DNA of 63,000 nucleotides, filler included, from Conidiobolus incongruus B7586 (Eukaryota): NCBI GenBank assembly GCA_000697335.1. It is 23 parts of 23 records of this genome, joined end to end, with 100 filler letters (N's around TTAATTAATTAA, not from the genome) between each part and the next. Parts side by side here need not be neighbours in the genome. Positions count along the whole stretch, not along the records: positions 13,589 to 15,982 come from JNEM01003799.1; positions 16,083 to 17,366 come from JNEM01003800.1; positions 17,467 to 23,169 come from JNEM01003801.1; positions 23,270 to 25,493 come from JNEM01003802.1; 19 more parts are not named here. One strand, 5' to 3'. Shown piece by piece: positions 13,651 to 25,493 of this stretch (position 1 is its first letter; each line of letters starts with the position of its first letter). The notes under the pieces were generated by a model. It saw only the letters and a program-made list of their open reading frames with translations, ran no database searches and was not told where the DNA came from. The position numbers and the translations under genes were made by a program.

Positions 13651-15225
13651 TACTGGCCTATAAAAATGAGTCATAAAATTATAATTATATATATTATTAT
13701 CAATAACTCTGTTAATTCTTAATCAAATTAATTTAAATTAAAACTTATAATAAACTTATATCATTCATTTATAATTAAGTATATTTGATACAATTATATT
13801 AACTTTTAGTTGATATATTAAAGTTTAAATTTTACCTAAGATAAGTTATAAATTTGTGTATTTTGGTTATAGAAAGAAAATTAAAACTTAGTATATCTAT
13901 CATTTGCTTTCCTAACTTCCTTAAGTTTATAGGGTATAGAGTCAACTAATTTTTTATATTAAGAAGGATTGATTTTATTCTAAGATTTTTAAATATATTC
14001 CTAAAGCTTATTTAAATTTTTTGTTGGTGGGAAAGCTTTAACTGCTTTTTTTAACCAATCCCAAAGGTGTTCAATTAGATTAAAGTTAAAAGATTAAAGA
14101 GGCCACTTCATAACTATTATTTTATTATTCTTAAACTATTTGGTAGTAAAAATAATAGTATAGAAAAGGGTATTATCTTATTGAAAAATAATATCTAATT
14201 TATTTAACCTATATTATTTAATAGTTTTTTTTAATTTATTATTTAAAATATTTTAGTATATCTCAGCATTAATTCACCTATTAACTTTACAAAGATACCC
14301 TACACTAAAAGATAACATATATCCCCAAATTTAATTAACCCATCATTATATTTTTAGGTTAAAATAACATAATAATCATAAAGCAGTTCTTTGTTTTTTC
14401 TAAAATATCTAGCTTTTCCATTAGATCAATTAAGATATATTTTTGTTTCATCAAACTAAATAACCTTACTCTAATTAGTTTTAATTCAACTTTAGTGGTG
14501 ACATTTAAACTCTTGCCTAACTTTATAATAGGATTTTTTTAGTTAAGGGTGTTTTTTCTTGAGGTGTAAGTAATATCCATTATAACATAAAACATATATA
14601 ATAGTATTAGTACTAACTAATATTCTTGTATAGTCTTGTAATTTTTTCTATATTTCTATAGCAATATTATACTTACTTATATTAACCAACCTATAAATAT
14701 ACCATTTATCATATTTATCTATAATCCTAACACATTTAAGTTTAGGTTTAGATATATCCTTATTGTAATTTTTAACAGCCCTAGCTATAGTAAACTAGCT
14801 AATATTAATAATTCCAGCAATTTCACAAGTTATTTTACCTTTACTATAAAGTTAATTAATATATAAATAAATCTTTTTAAAAAGGGATTTAGGTATTTTA
14901 ATACTAATATTATTTAAAATAATAATTTACAATAATAATATTAGTATATATATATATATAATTTAATAAAAAAAATTAAGTAATTTTTGTTTTATATATC
15001 TTTTTAACTCCTAAACCCATAAATTTATAACTCACCTTATTTAAAATTTAGGATTTGATATATTAACTAATATTAAATTAAATATAATTAAATATAACCT
15101 ATTATAATGAGGTAATATACCTTAATGATATATTTTAATTTAAATTAATTTAGTTAAGAATTGTTTAAGTTACAGATAAATATATAAGTGATTTTTGTTT
15201 TATAACTTACTTTTGCAAGCTAATG
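13651..15225 (-). mobile_element. Full-length degenerate Tc1 (DD34E) with about 205-bp IR/DR termini
   Basis: Ends tactggcctataaaaatgagtcataaaa and ttttataacttacttttgcaagctaatg, flanked by TA. Minus-strand relics read *FDETKI, IWGY, FQ*DN and MKWPL*SFNFNLIEHLWDWLK. Confidence 0.92.
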
Positions 15226-16082
15226 TATATATATATAGGTTAGGTTATATAAACCTTTGTAACTTTTAAATTTATAAATATATCATCTATTTAATTTGAA
15301 TTTTCTATATTAATATATTAATATATAATTCATTTTTATTTAATAATTATAATTAATAATAAATTAATATTCTATTTTAAATTGATTCTTTAATTTAAAT
15401 TAATTTTTTTAAAAATTAGTTATATTTTAGTAATTATATAGATTACATTAGTTTAATAAGTAATAATTATAAATAAATATATTTTGTTAATAAATGAAAT
15501 AATCTTAGTAAAAATAATCTTTTCGATTTAAGTATAATTTTATTATAATCAATATTAACTTGATAATAATTAATCTAATTTTTATTTAAAATCAATATTA
15601 TTTTATTATATTTTTCAATAGTTTTTAAATACTTTAAAAGTTTTAAAATGAAGTTTTAATTATAACAAAATTAAAGGTATTTAATGATCTATATTTAATA
15701 TCAATAAAACTAAACCAAATTATATAATTTGATTTAATAATTGAAAAATTTTTATATCAACATATTTAAAAAATAATAATTTATTATTCATTCTATATAT
15801 AATGATATTTTCAAAATTAATATATTTTTGAAAAAAAATAATTAAAAATATATCATATTTTGTAATTATCATATTATTTTAGATTATTTTATATATATCT
15901 TATAAGAAATTAAAATATTATTAAATTTTTTGATTTGGAAATATTTTATTAAAATAAGTTTATTAAATTTTAAAAAATATATNNNNNNNNNNNNNNNNNN
16001 NNNNNNNNNNNNNNNNNNNNNNNNNNTTAATTAATTAANNNNNNNNNNNNNNNNNNNNNNNNNNNNNNNNNNNNNNNNNNNN

Positions 16083-17366
16083 TATATTTAATAATATATA
16101 ACCATATCTTTTTTCTCTCTTTGTTATTATTTTATATAATATTTTATAAATATATTAAATTCTTTTTATTAGTATTATTATACCTAAATCCCTCTCTAAA
16201 AAAATTTACTTGTGTATCAATTAACTTTATAAAGAAGGTAAATCAACTTGTGATATTACTAGAATTACTAGTGTTAGCTAGTTTATTATAGTTAAAGTTA
16301 TTAAGAATAGCAATAAAAACACATTTAAACCTAAACTTAAATGTGTTAAAATTATAAATAAACATGATAAAAAGTATATTTATAGGTTAGTTAGTATAAG
16401 CAAATATAGTACTACTATAGAAATATAGCAGGAATTATAAAACTATACAAGAATATTAGTTAACACTGATACTATTATATATACTTTATATTAATATAGA
16501 TACCACTTACACTTTAAAAAAAATACCCTTAACTAAAAAAATCCCATTATAAAGCTAGGTAAGGGTTTAAATGTCATCACTAATATTAAACTAAAACTAA
16601 TTAGAGTAAGATTATTTAGTTTAATGAAACAAAAATATACCTTAGTAGATTAAATAAAAAAGCTAGATATTTTAGAAAAGATATAAAACTATTTTATAAC
16701 TATTATGTTAATTCTACCCAAAAGTATAATAATAGGTTAATTAATATTTAGGGATATATATTGTCTTTAGGTGTAAAATATCTTTATAAAGTTAATAGGG
16801 GAATTAATACTAAAATATACTAAAGTATTCTAAACAATAAATTGAAAAAAACTATTGAATAGTATAGGTTAAACAAATCTAATATTAATTTCTAGTAAGA
16901 TAATACCTTTTGTTATACTATAGCTTTTATTACCAAATAGCTTAAAAATAATAAGATAATAGTTATAAAGTAGCTTTTTTAATCTCCTAACCTTAACCTA
17001 ATTAAACACCTTTAAGATTAGTTAAAAAAAGCTATTGAAGCTTTCCCCCCAATAAAAAATTTAGATCAACTTTAGAAATATGTTCAAGAAGCATAGAAAA
17101 AGATTAACCTTTCTTGGTATAAGAAGTTAATTGATTTTATACCCTATAAACTTAAAAAAGTTAGAAAAGCTAAAGGTAGATACATTAGGTTTTAATTTTT
17201 TTATAACCAAAAACTTACAAATTTATAACTCACCTTAGATAAAATTTAAGTGTTTATATTTTAACCAATTAATAGCTAAATATCATCATATAATAATATA
17301 TATTATTTATAAATATAATAGATTTTAATTATTTAATTTAAGTTTATTTTATTAAATATTAATCAA
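16083..17366 (+). mobile_element. Degenerate Tc1; transposase relic at about 16180-17195
   Basis: Reads IPKSLSK...*SKII*FNETKI...F**DN...K*LF*SPNLNLIKHL*...RKAKGRYIRF*. This is the Tc1 WSDE/QQDN/WPxQSPDLNPIE pattern with TGG->TAG/TAA, CAR->TAR and GAY->AAY. Confidence 0.93.
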
Positions 17367-17466
17367 NNNNNNNNNNNNNNNNNNNNNNNNNNNNNNNNNN
17401 NNNNNNNNNNTTAATTAATTAANNNNNNNNNNNNNNNNNNNNNNNNNNNNNNNNNNNNNNNNNNNN

Positions 17467-18594
17467 TGTTATTAAGAATAATGTTAAAAAAACACTTAAA
17501 CTAAAACTTAAGTATATTAAAATTATAAATAAACATAATAAAAAATATATTTATAAAATAGATAATATAAGTAAATATAATATTATTATAGAAGTATAAT
17601 AAGAATTATAAAACTATATAATAATATTAATTAGTATTAATATTATTATTTATATTTTTTATCAAAATAAATATAATTTATATTTTAAAAAAAACACCCT
17701 TAACTAAAGAAGTTTTATTATAAAACTAGATAAAAGTTTAAATATCATTATTAAAGTTAAAGTAAAACTAATTAGAATAAGGCTATTTAGTTTAATAAAA
17801 CAAAGATATATTTTAATTAATTTAATAAAAATATTAGAAATTTTAAAAAAAAATAAAAAATTATTTTAAAACTATTATGTTATTACAAGAAAAGAATATA
17901 ATGATAGGTTAATCATAATTTAAGAATATATATTATTTTTAGATATAAAATATCTTTATAAGATTAATAAGGGAGTTAATATTAAGATATATTAAAGTAT
18001 TCTAAATAATAAATCAAAAAACTATTAGACTATATAGGTTAAATATATCAAATATTAATTTCCAACAAAATAATATTTTTTGCTATATTATAAATTCTAC
18101 TATCAAATAGCATAAAAATTACAAAATAATTATTATAAAATAGCCTTCTAAATATTTTAATCATAAACTAATTAAATATCTTTAAGATTAACTAAAAAAA
18201 TTAATTAAAGCTTTCCTTTTGATAAAAAATTTAAATTAACTTTGGGAGTATATTCAAGAAGCTTAAAATAATATTAATCTTGCTTAATATAAGAAGTTAA
18301 TTGACTCTATACCCTAAAAACTTAAAAAGGTTAGAAAAGCAAAAAATAAATATAATAAATATTATTTTTCTATCAATTTTAAAACCTACAAAATTATAAC
18401 TTATTTTAGATATACTTTTAGCTTTAATATATCAATTAATAATTAATTCAATTTAATTTTATATATTATACTATAAATAAAATATATATATTAATTATAT
18501 AATTTAATTTAAGTTTATTTAAATTTTAATTAATTAGGATATTAATGGAAATATTTATATTTTGTATTTTATAACTTACTTATGTAAGCTAATA
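17467..18594 (+). mobile_element. Degenerate Tc1, 3' part with right TIR
   Basis: Colinear with about 16300-17366; ends ttttataacttacttatgtaagctaata followed by TA. Confidence 0.88.
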
Positions 18595-19243
18595 TAGTTA
18601 TTTAGTATAAAAACTTAGGTTTTTGGTAATATATAATAGGTTTCACTTAATAATAGTTATTTTAGCTTTTTTCTAAATTTTAGTTTATTTATAAAATATT
18701 AATTTTATATTTCTATATATTTATTTAAGTATAAACTTTGATAAAAAAATTCTTATAAGCATAATCTTAAAGTATTAAAATAATCTTCTAGTTATAATAA
18801 AAAGAAGCTTTTTAATTTGTTTTTTAAATTTATTAATAATTAAAAAAATAAGAATTAAAATTAATCTTCAATATTTTGATAAACTATAGATAGTTTTTTT
18901 TCCTAATTTTAAATAATTTATCTGATGATAAATAGTTAATTTTAATAATATTTTATTACCAAAAATAGCTTATAAATTTTGAATAAATTTAAAAAATATG
19001 ATATTAAGTTTTATTATAGCCAGAATATAAGACTTTTGATGATTATTATTTAGTTTAAATAAAATTATATTAAATTACAAATTTTAAAAAAATTGATGTT
19101 TTAATCAAAAAATTTAATATATATATAATTTAAAATTATATACTTTCTTATTTATTCTATATATATTTGTTAATTTAAAACATATGATATATTTGAAAAA
19201 TTAGATATTAAAAAAGTATCTATTATTTTAAATTCAAGATAAT
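18595..19243 (-). mobile_element. Degenerate mariner 5' half, abutting the Tc1 TIR at TA
   Basis: Starts mid-transposase (TAgttatttagtataaaaacttagg, similar to TAattatttattgtaaaaatttagg at about 9556) and runs to the 5' terminus at about 19240. Confidence 0.8.
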
Positions 19244-19880
19244 AAGATTAATCAATTCTGATTATAATATATATTGCAAAACATTATTATAGAAAATATC
19301 TATTGATAAAAATATATTAATTAATTATTTCAATATAATAGTTTATATTAAATTTATTATTATATCAAAACCGTATATGGTAGCTTTTAAAGAATATAAA
19401 ATAATATTTAAATATTACGATCTTTTATTAACTGAATATCAAATATAAAAACAATATTAAATAAATTCATTTATAATTTAAAGTCCAAAAATAGTCAAAT
19501 CATCAAATTACTTTATCAATTTGAATATACCAATTATTAATTATATTTGAATATCTAAATTTTCTTATTCCCTAAATATAAGTATTATATTTCGAACCTT
19601 GATTGAGAATAAAATTAAAGTATATCTTTTACATGTTTCACCTTAAATAATATTAAATTGAATATAAAGATTTAATAATAGAAAAGTAATATCAAGGTAT
19701 CTTATTTTAAATTAATTATTATAAATTTTGATTTTTACATAATTCATTTTGTACAATATATATATATTATTAGACTATATAATTACATATAGTATTAAAA
19801 CCTAATATTTTCAGAACTAATGGATTCAATAAATTTCAAAAAAGAAAAATATATTTATCTTCAAAATAACAGTAATTAAA

Positions 19881-20540
19881 TTATTTGAGTTTGCACTGAC
19901 CAAATAATTCGAGACCAAAAAGATCCACCTTGCAATCGGTTTGAAGATCACCTTGTTTGATAATTCCATTTGACTTTTGAGGATACACATCAAAAGTAGC
20001 AATATGATAACGATTTTCACTTCCTTTGAGCCATTGGTCATTTGGGTTAACCTTAATAGGCCAAGGTCCAACACACCCAAAGCCATCACAATTACCCAGA
20101 CCGGCAAGGACAATTATTTGATTGTCTTTTCTTAAAGCTAAAGCACTAGCAAATCTTCTATTACCATTTGTTACTACAACACCAGATTCACTAAAAGGTA
20201 CTCTCATGTCAGCAAATGTTTTTACACTGCCATTGAAATTGAAGTAAGTGGTTCTACATCCCAATGAGGTTTTCGTACTATTATTCTCTGTGGTGAAAGT
20301 CCAAGCGGCAGCTTCGTCATTAGTGAGATATAGCCAATCTCTGTTACCTCCTCTTTCGGTTTTAAACGAGACCCATTTGCCGGTGAACTTCTCTCTCAAA
20401 ACGAATGGAGTGTGTCCTTGGTAGATCCAACTACCACAGGTATCTTTCATACTTTGAATAATTTTATAGTCGGTATTTTCCCATCCAGACTGAGCAGAGG
20501 CCAAAGACACAAAGAGAAAAGCTAAACCTTTGAAATTCAT
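19881..20540 (-). CDS. Secreted protein of unknown function, 219 aa, 6 Cys, intronless
   Basis: Clean ORF with gene-like GC and CpG content. N-terminal signal peptide MNFKGLAFLFVSLASA|Q. AAAATG start context; TATATAAA about 70 nt upstream (20606-20613). Confidence 0.9.
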   Translation of the reverse strand: MNFKGLAFLFVSLASAQSGWENTDYKIIQSMKDTCGSWIYQGHTPFVLREKFTGKWVSFKTERGGNRDWLYLTNDEAAAWTFTTENNSTKTSLGCRTTYFNFNGSVKTFADMRVPFSESGVVVTNGNRRFASALALRKDNQIIVLAGLGNCDGFGCVGPWPIKVNPNDQWLKGSENRYHIATFDVYPQKSNGIIKQGDLQTDCKVDLFGLELFGQCKLK

Positions 20541-23269
20541 TTTAAAATTATTAAAAGTACTTATATTTGAATTGATTTGAATTCTACAATATCAAAACAC
20601 GCATATTTATATATTCAAACAAAATCCTTATATTGTTCATTTTTACAATAATCTCGGATTGATTTTCAAATTCAAATATTAATTTAGCTGAATTATAAAT
20701 ATTGCATTCACGTGTTTAATATATTTCGGAGGGAAGTTTGATTTCTTAATCGAATATTTCAAACGGCAATAAAATTGATATCATTTTTATACAACAAATT
20801 ATTTTTTGATAATTTGAACTTATATTAATAGTAATAAAGTTTTGTTTTAAAAGACATATAATAACGATGATAGTATTAACTAGGTGTTGAAATATATCAT
20901 TGAATATTATTCAATTAATACATACGTTTAAACCAAGGATTAATGTTATCCTCAAACTATCTCAGGTTGAATGCACTTATTATATTTTCCATCACCTAAT
21001 TAGTCAATAATTTATTACTTTTACTCCAAAGTAAATTGATAAAATTTTTCTTAAAACTTAGTTAAATTTATTATTATTTTAGAATATTCTATCATTTGTT
21101 AAAAATAATAATATTAATATTATATAATATTCTATATTGGATAAGAGCTCAAGTGATCGATTATGTCAGTAATTAATTAATCGATAATTTTAAATCATTT
21201 TAACATTGAATTGTAAAAAATAAAATTAACTACATAATAGCTAAATATTTATATATTTTTACAACAAAAGTTGGATATTGAAATGTTTTGTGGTTTAATT
21301 GCAGAACCAACGGAAGATTTACTGTTGGCATATATAATAATTCAATTGAGATTATCAATACATCGATTCCAGCCAAATAAGTTATATCCATCTATATGAT
21401 TGGTTTTCATCCATTAGCTAGGAACTAAGTTGAATCTTTATTAAAAATATCTACAATATAATAATTTGAATATTAATTTGAGTAAAATTTGTATATACTC
21501 TGAAACGTATTAAATCATTTAATAACTAATAAATTAATATTAAGATGATATATTGAATATATAAAATTTATTACTATTAATCATATATATATGGATTGTA
21601 TTTCTCATTTTCGTGAAAAATATAATATTGAGTGCAAATGCATGCTATAATACACAAAAAACGAAACTAATATCTAAATTAGAACACTGTACTTTACTGA
21701 CGAATGATAATGCTATTTTCATTATAAAATCTACAGGTAGTTGAAAAATATTGTAAATAGAAGTTGACTTCTGGCTCAACCTTATCAACTGCTCATATCA
21801 TCTATCCAATAATGGAATTATATCGTTATATTCATATAAGATTATTTTGTGTCTTGAATTAATAATAAATCCAAATAATCCAGATTGCATTTCAATCCCG
21901 TTGCGCCATTAAATTATAAATCCACTCAATAATATCATCATTGAAAAAAATCAAATTTCAATTACATTATTATAATTAAAAATATTAGTAATTATCATTA
22001 ATATTAGCATTATCATTAAATATCTTTTCGGACAAGAAATTATTTTTTATAGATTTATTGAGCAAAATTGGTTCATTAATATGTTAATTTACATCATAAT
22101 AAAATAAATCCAAGAATTGGATATTATTTTTGAAAAAATTTGAATATAATATTTATATAGCTTTAAATATGATTATAACTAAAATTTAAAAAAATGACAA
22201 CAATGCTCACTTTTTTAATAAAATATTAACCAAATGCTAATATTCATATACATATAATAAATTATCAAATAATATATAACCAGTGATAATTTCCAAATTT
22301 AAGCAGAATCAATAATTTTTTTTATTTATTTATTTCTTGCAAAATTTCATATATTAATAATAAATTTGAATATAAGACTTGAAATCTTTTTTAACTAGTA
22401 AATTCTTTGTAATAGAGCCTAAAAATTAGAATTTTATAACTACCAGATAAATAATAAAAGTTATATATATTTTCAAACTATAATATATTTTAATCATCAA
22501 TTCTTTTAATTATTAATTTTATAATCTTAATATAATTAAATATATTATTTGATTTATATAATATAGTATTGAACTATAAGTATCAATATTTTTAAAATAT
22601 ATAATTCCAATATTTATCAAATATTTTTCTAACCCATTTGTATTTTATTAGCAAAAGTTAAATCCTGGTAATAATTAAAATAAATATTATATTTAATCAT
22701 ATATACTATATTTATATAAATTTATTTTAATAGTTATTACTTCCCAAAAATTAATAAAAAAATTAAAACTTATTTTATTTTTATTTTCAGTTGATATTTT
22801 AATAATAATTATTAAAAATAATGCTCAAACTTATGAAAATATTAATTATATATCCTAATAATTGAATATATATAAAGTAATATAATATTAAATCATTATT
22901 AAACTTTTTTTATTAATTATTTGAATTAAAAAATTGATTTTTTAATAATTTTACTTTGAAACATTATTTTAGATAATATAACTACTATATTTCTATTTTA
23001 AACAAATATTCATTAGGTTTAATAATATAGAAACTATTAAAATATCAATCAATTATATTATTTTTATAAATAAAAATAAAGAAATAATAAATAAAAAATA
23101 GAATTAAATTAATTAGGTTGGATTTAAATATTAAACTAAATATCATAAAATTATATTAATTTAATTATTNNNNNNNNNNNNNNNNNNNNNNNNNNNNNNN
23201 NNNNNNNNNNNNNTTAATTAATTAANNNNNNNNNNNNNNNNNNNNNNNNNNNNNNNNNNNNNNNNNNNN

Positions 23270-25493
23270 TAAAACTATATAATTAAATCTCAAGTTATAA
23301 ATATTCCATTGAATTAAATTTATATAATAGTTATTATAGTATAATTATATACCTTGATTTAATTCCTTTAATTATATTTAATACCTATTATAAATATATT
23401 AAATTTATTATTTTACCATTTAAATTATATAATTCTTTTATTATATTTACTTGATAAATATAATTTTCTTCAAAATATAAAATGTCTTTGTTATTTTATA
23501 TTTTAATAAAATTTTAGTTTTCTTAAAGATTTTATAAAAATATTAAAAATATATTGAATAAGTATTTGAAATTTTTTATAAATGTTTTTTATCTATTAAA
23601 TTATTAAAATTTTACTTTGTTATTTTAAAAATTTTATTTTATAATTTTATTATATTTTTTAATGGAATTAAAATTAATTTAAATCAAATTAAATCTATAT
23701 AATCTTAGCTTATCTTTGCTGATAAATATATTTTTATTTTATTTTTAGGTATAATAAACTATTTCAAAGACTTTATTAATAATTATATAAAAATTATTCT
23801 ATTATTACTTAATTTGTTTTATAAATTATCTTTATAAATATAAACTCTTTTATAATATTTTACCTATTTGATAATTATTAATATTGTTAGTAATACCCTT
23901 ATATTTTATAGTTTTAATGTTTTTTATTAATAATCCTATTCACAAATATCTTAAGCTTTATTATTAATAGTGAGTTAAGTTAATCCTTTAGATTATAGTC
24001 TTATTTGCTTAAATTAAATTAAAAGGAGAGTAATATTTAAATTATTAAACTTGAAATATTTTAATCTCTATCTTATTATATTATATTCTTATAAAATAAC
24101 TTTTATAGAAATAAAATACTTAGTCTATAAATAAAAACTTCTTGCTATTATCAAATACCTCAAATATTTCTATTATTACACACTAAGTTAATTTACCTAT
24201 ATACTCACAAAGCACAAATTTATTAAATAGATTAATAATCAATTTAATTTTTTTAAATATTAATCTTTATTAATTGAATTTCTATAAGAATTTAACCTCT
24301 ATATTTATTATATCATAAGAAAATTTAATATTTTTATGAATTTTATCTTTAAATACTTTAATTATATCTTTATTTATAATAAGTATAAGTTAACTTATAT
24401 TAAGTTAAATAATATCTCTTTAAAATATCCTAATTAAATATATAAAATAATAAATCAGATATACACTTTAATAATAATTATTTTTTAAAGATTATTAAAT
24501 ATATTTATAACCCAAATGTTTTTACTTTAACTTATATAAAACATTATTCATATAATAATAACCTATTTTATTATAATTTATATATCTATGTTCTTAATAT
24601 CTTAAACATTAAATTATAATTATTAAACTTTTATTATAACTTTATTATTTTAAGTTAATTAAGCTAACTCTATTTATATTATAAACTCTCTGATAGCTTT
24701 TACTAACTTGATATAGAAAAATATATATAATACAATATTTGCTCTTATAATTAATATTAAATCAACAATTCTCTTAATTAGTTCCTTTTTGATAATATTA
24801 ATTTATTACCTATTCCTTAAATTTATTGGTTTAATATTACTATAAACTTTATTAAAATATTATAAACTTTAGATAATTTTAACTAAATTTTTATTATTAT
24901 AAATTATTTAACAAAGATAATATATTTTATATTAACTAATAAGAAAGCTAATTCAGAAATTATTATTAAATTATTTATTAAAAATATCTTTAAATATTAT
25001 AAACTCTTATTAACTTTTATAACAAACTATGATACAAAATTCATAAGTAAATTTTCATATTTATTTATAAAATTATTAAGTTATTAATATAACCTTATAA
25101 CCTTTTATTATTAACAATCTAATAATTAATGTAAACAAGTAATTTATGTTTCAAAAAATTCTTTCAAATTTTACTTCAATTATAATATAAAAAATTAAAT
25201 TGAGAATTTACCTATATTTAAATTTTTTTTAATAATTTAGTTAACTTATTTATTAATATAACACTATTTGACTTAAATTATAACTAGCATCTTATTTTAA
25301 TTATAAATATAAAATTTGATATTGATATCTTGTTTGATATTATAAACTTCATAGAGTATATATTTTTTTATTATTTGTAATTTGAAACTATATCTTCTCT
25401 ATTTTAAATAAATAATCTTATTATTTTAATTTGAATAAATATCTTATTTTAACTTTATTTATTAATATTTTAATACTATTATCTTTAATAAAA
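23270..25493 (+). mobile_element. Hypermutated Ty3/gypsy pol relic (RT-RNase H-integrase)
   Basis: FVILYFNKILVF at about 23487 (YLDDILVF). KLLAIIKYLKYFYYY...LTKHK at about 24134-24218 (ELLAI/TDH). WFNITINFI at about 24827, ITNYDTKFISKF at about 25020 and YY*QSNN*CK at about 25106 (YHxQSNGQxE). The RT-RH-IN order indicates gypsy. Confidence 0.85.

Noticed and set aside
16180..17195. Many in-frame TAA/TAG at Trp and Gln positions suggesting stop-codon reassignment or RNA editing
   Set aside because: Stops differ between copies and come with missense transitions. Real genes here have no internal stops and terminate at TAA/TAG.
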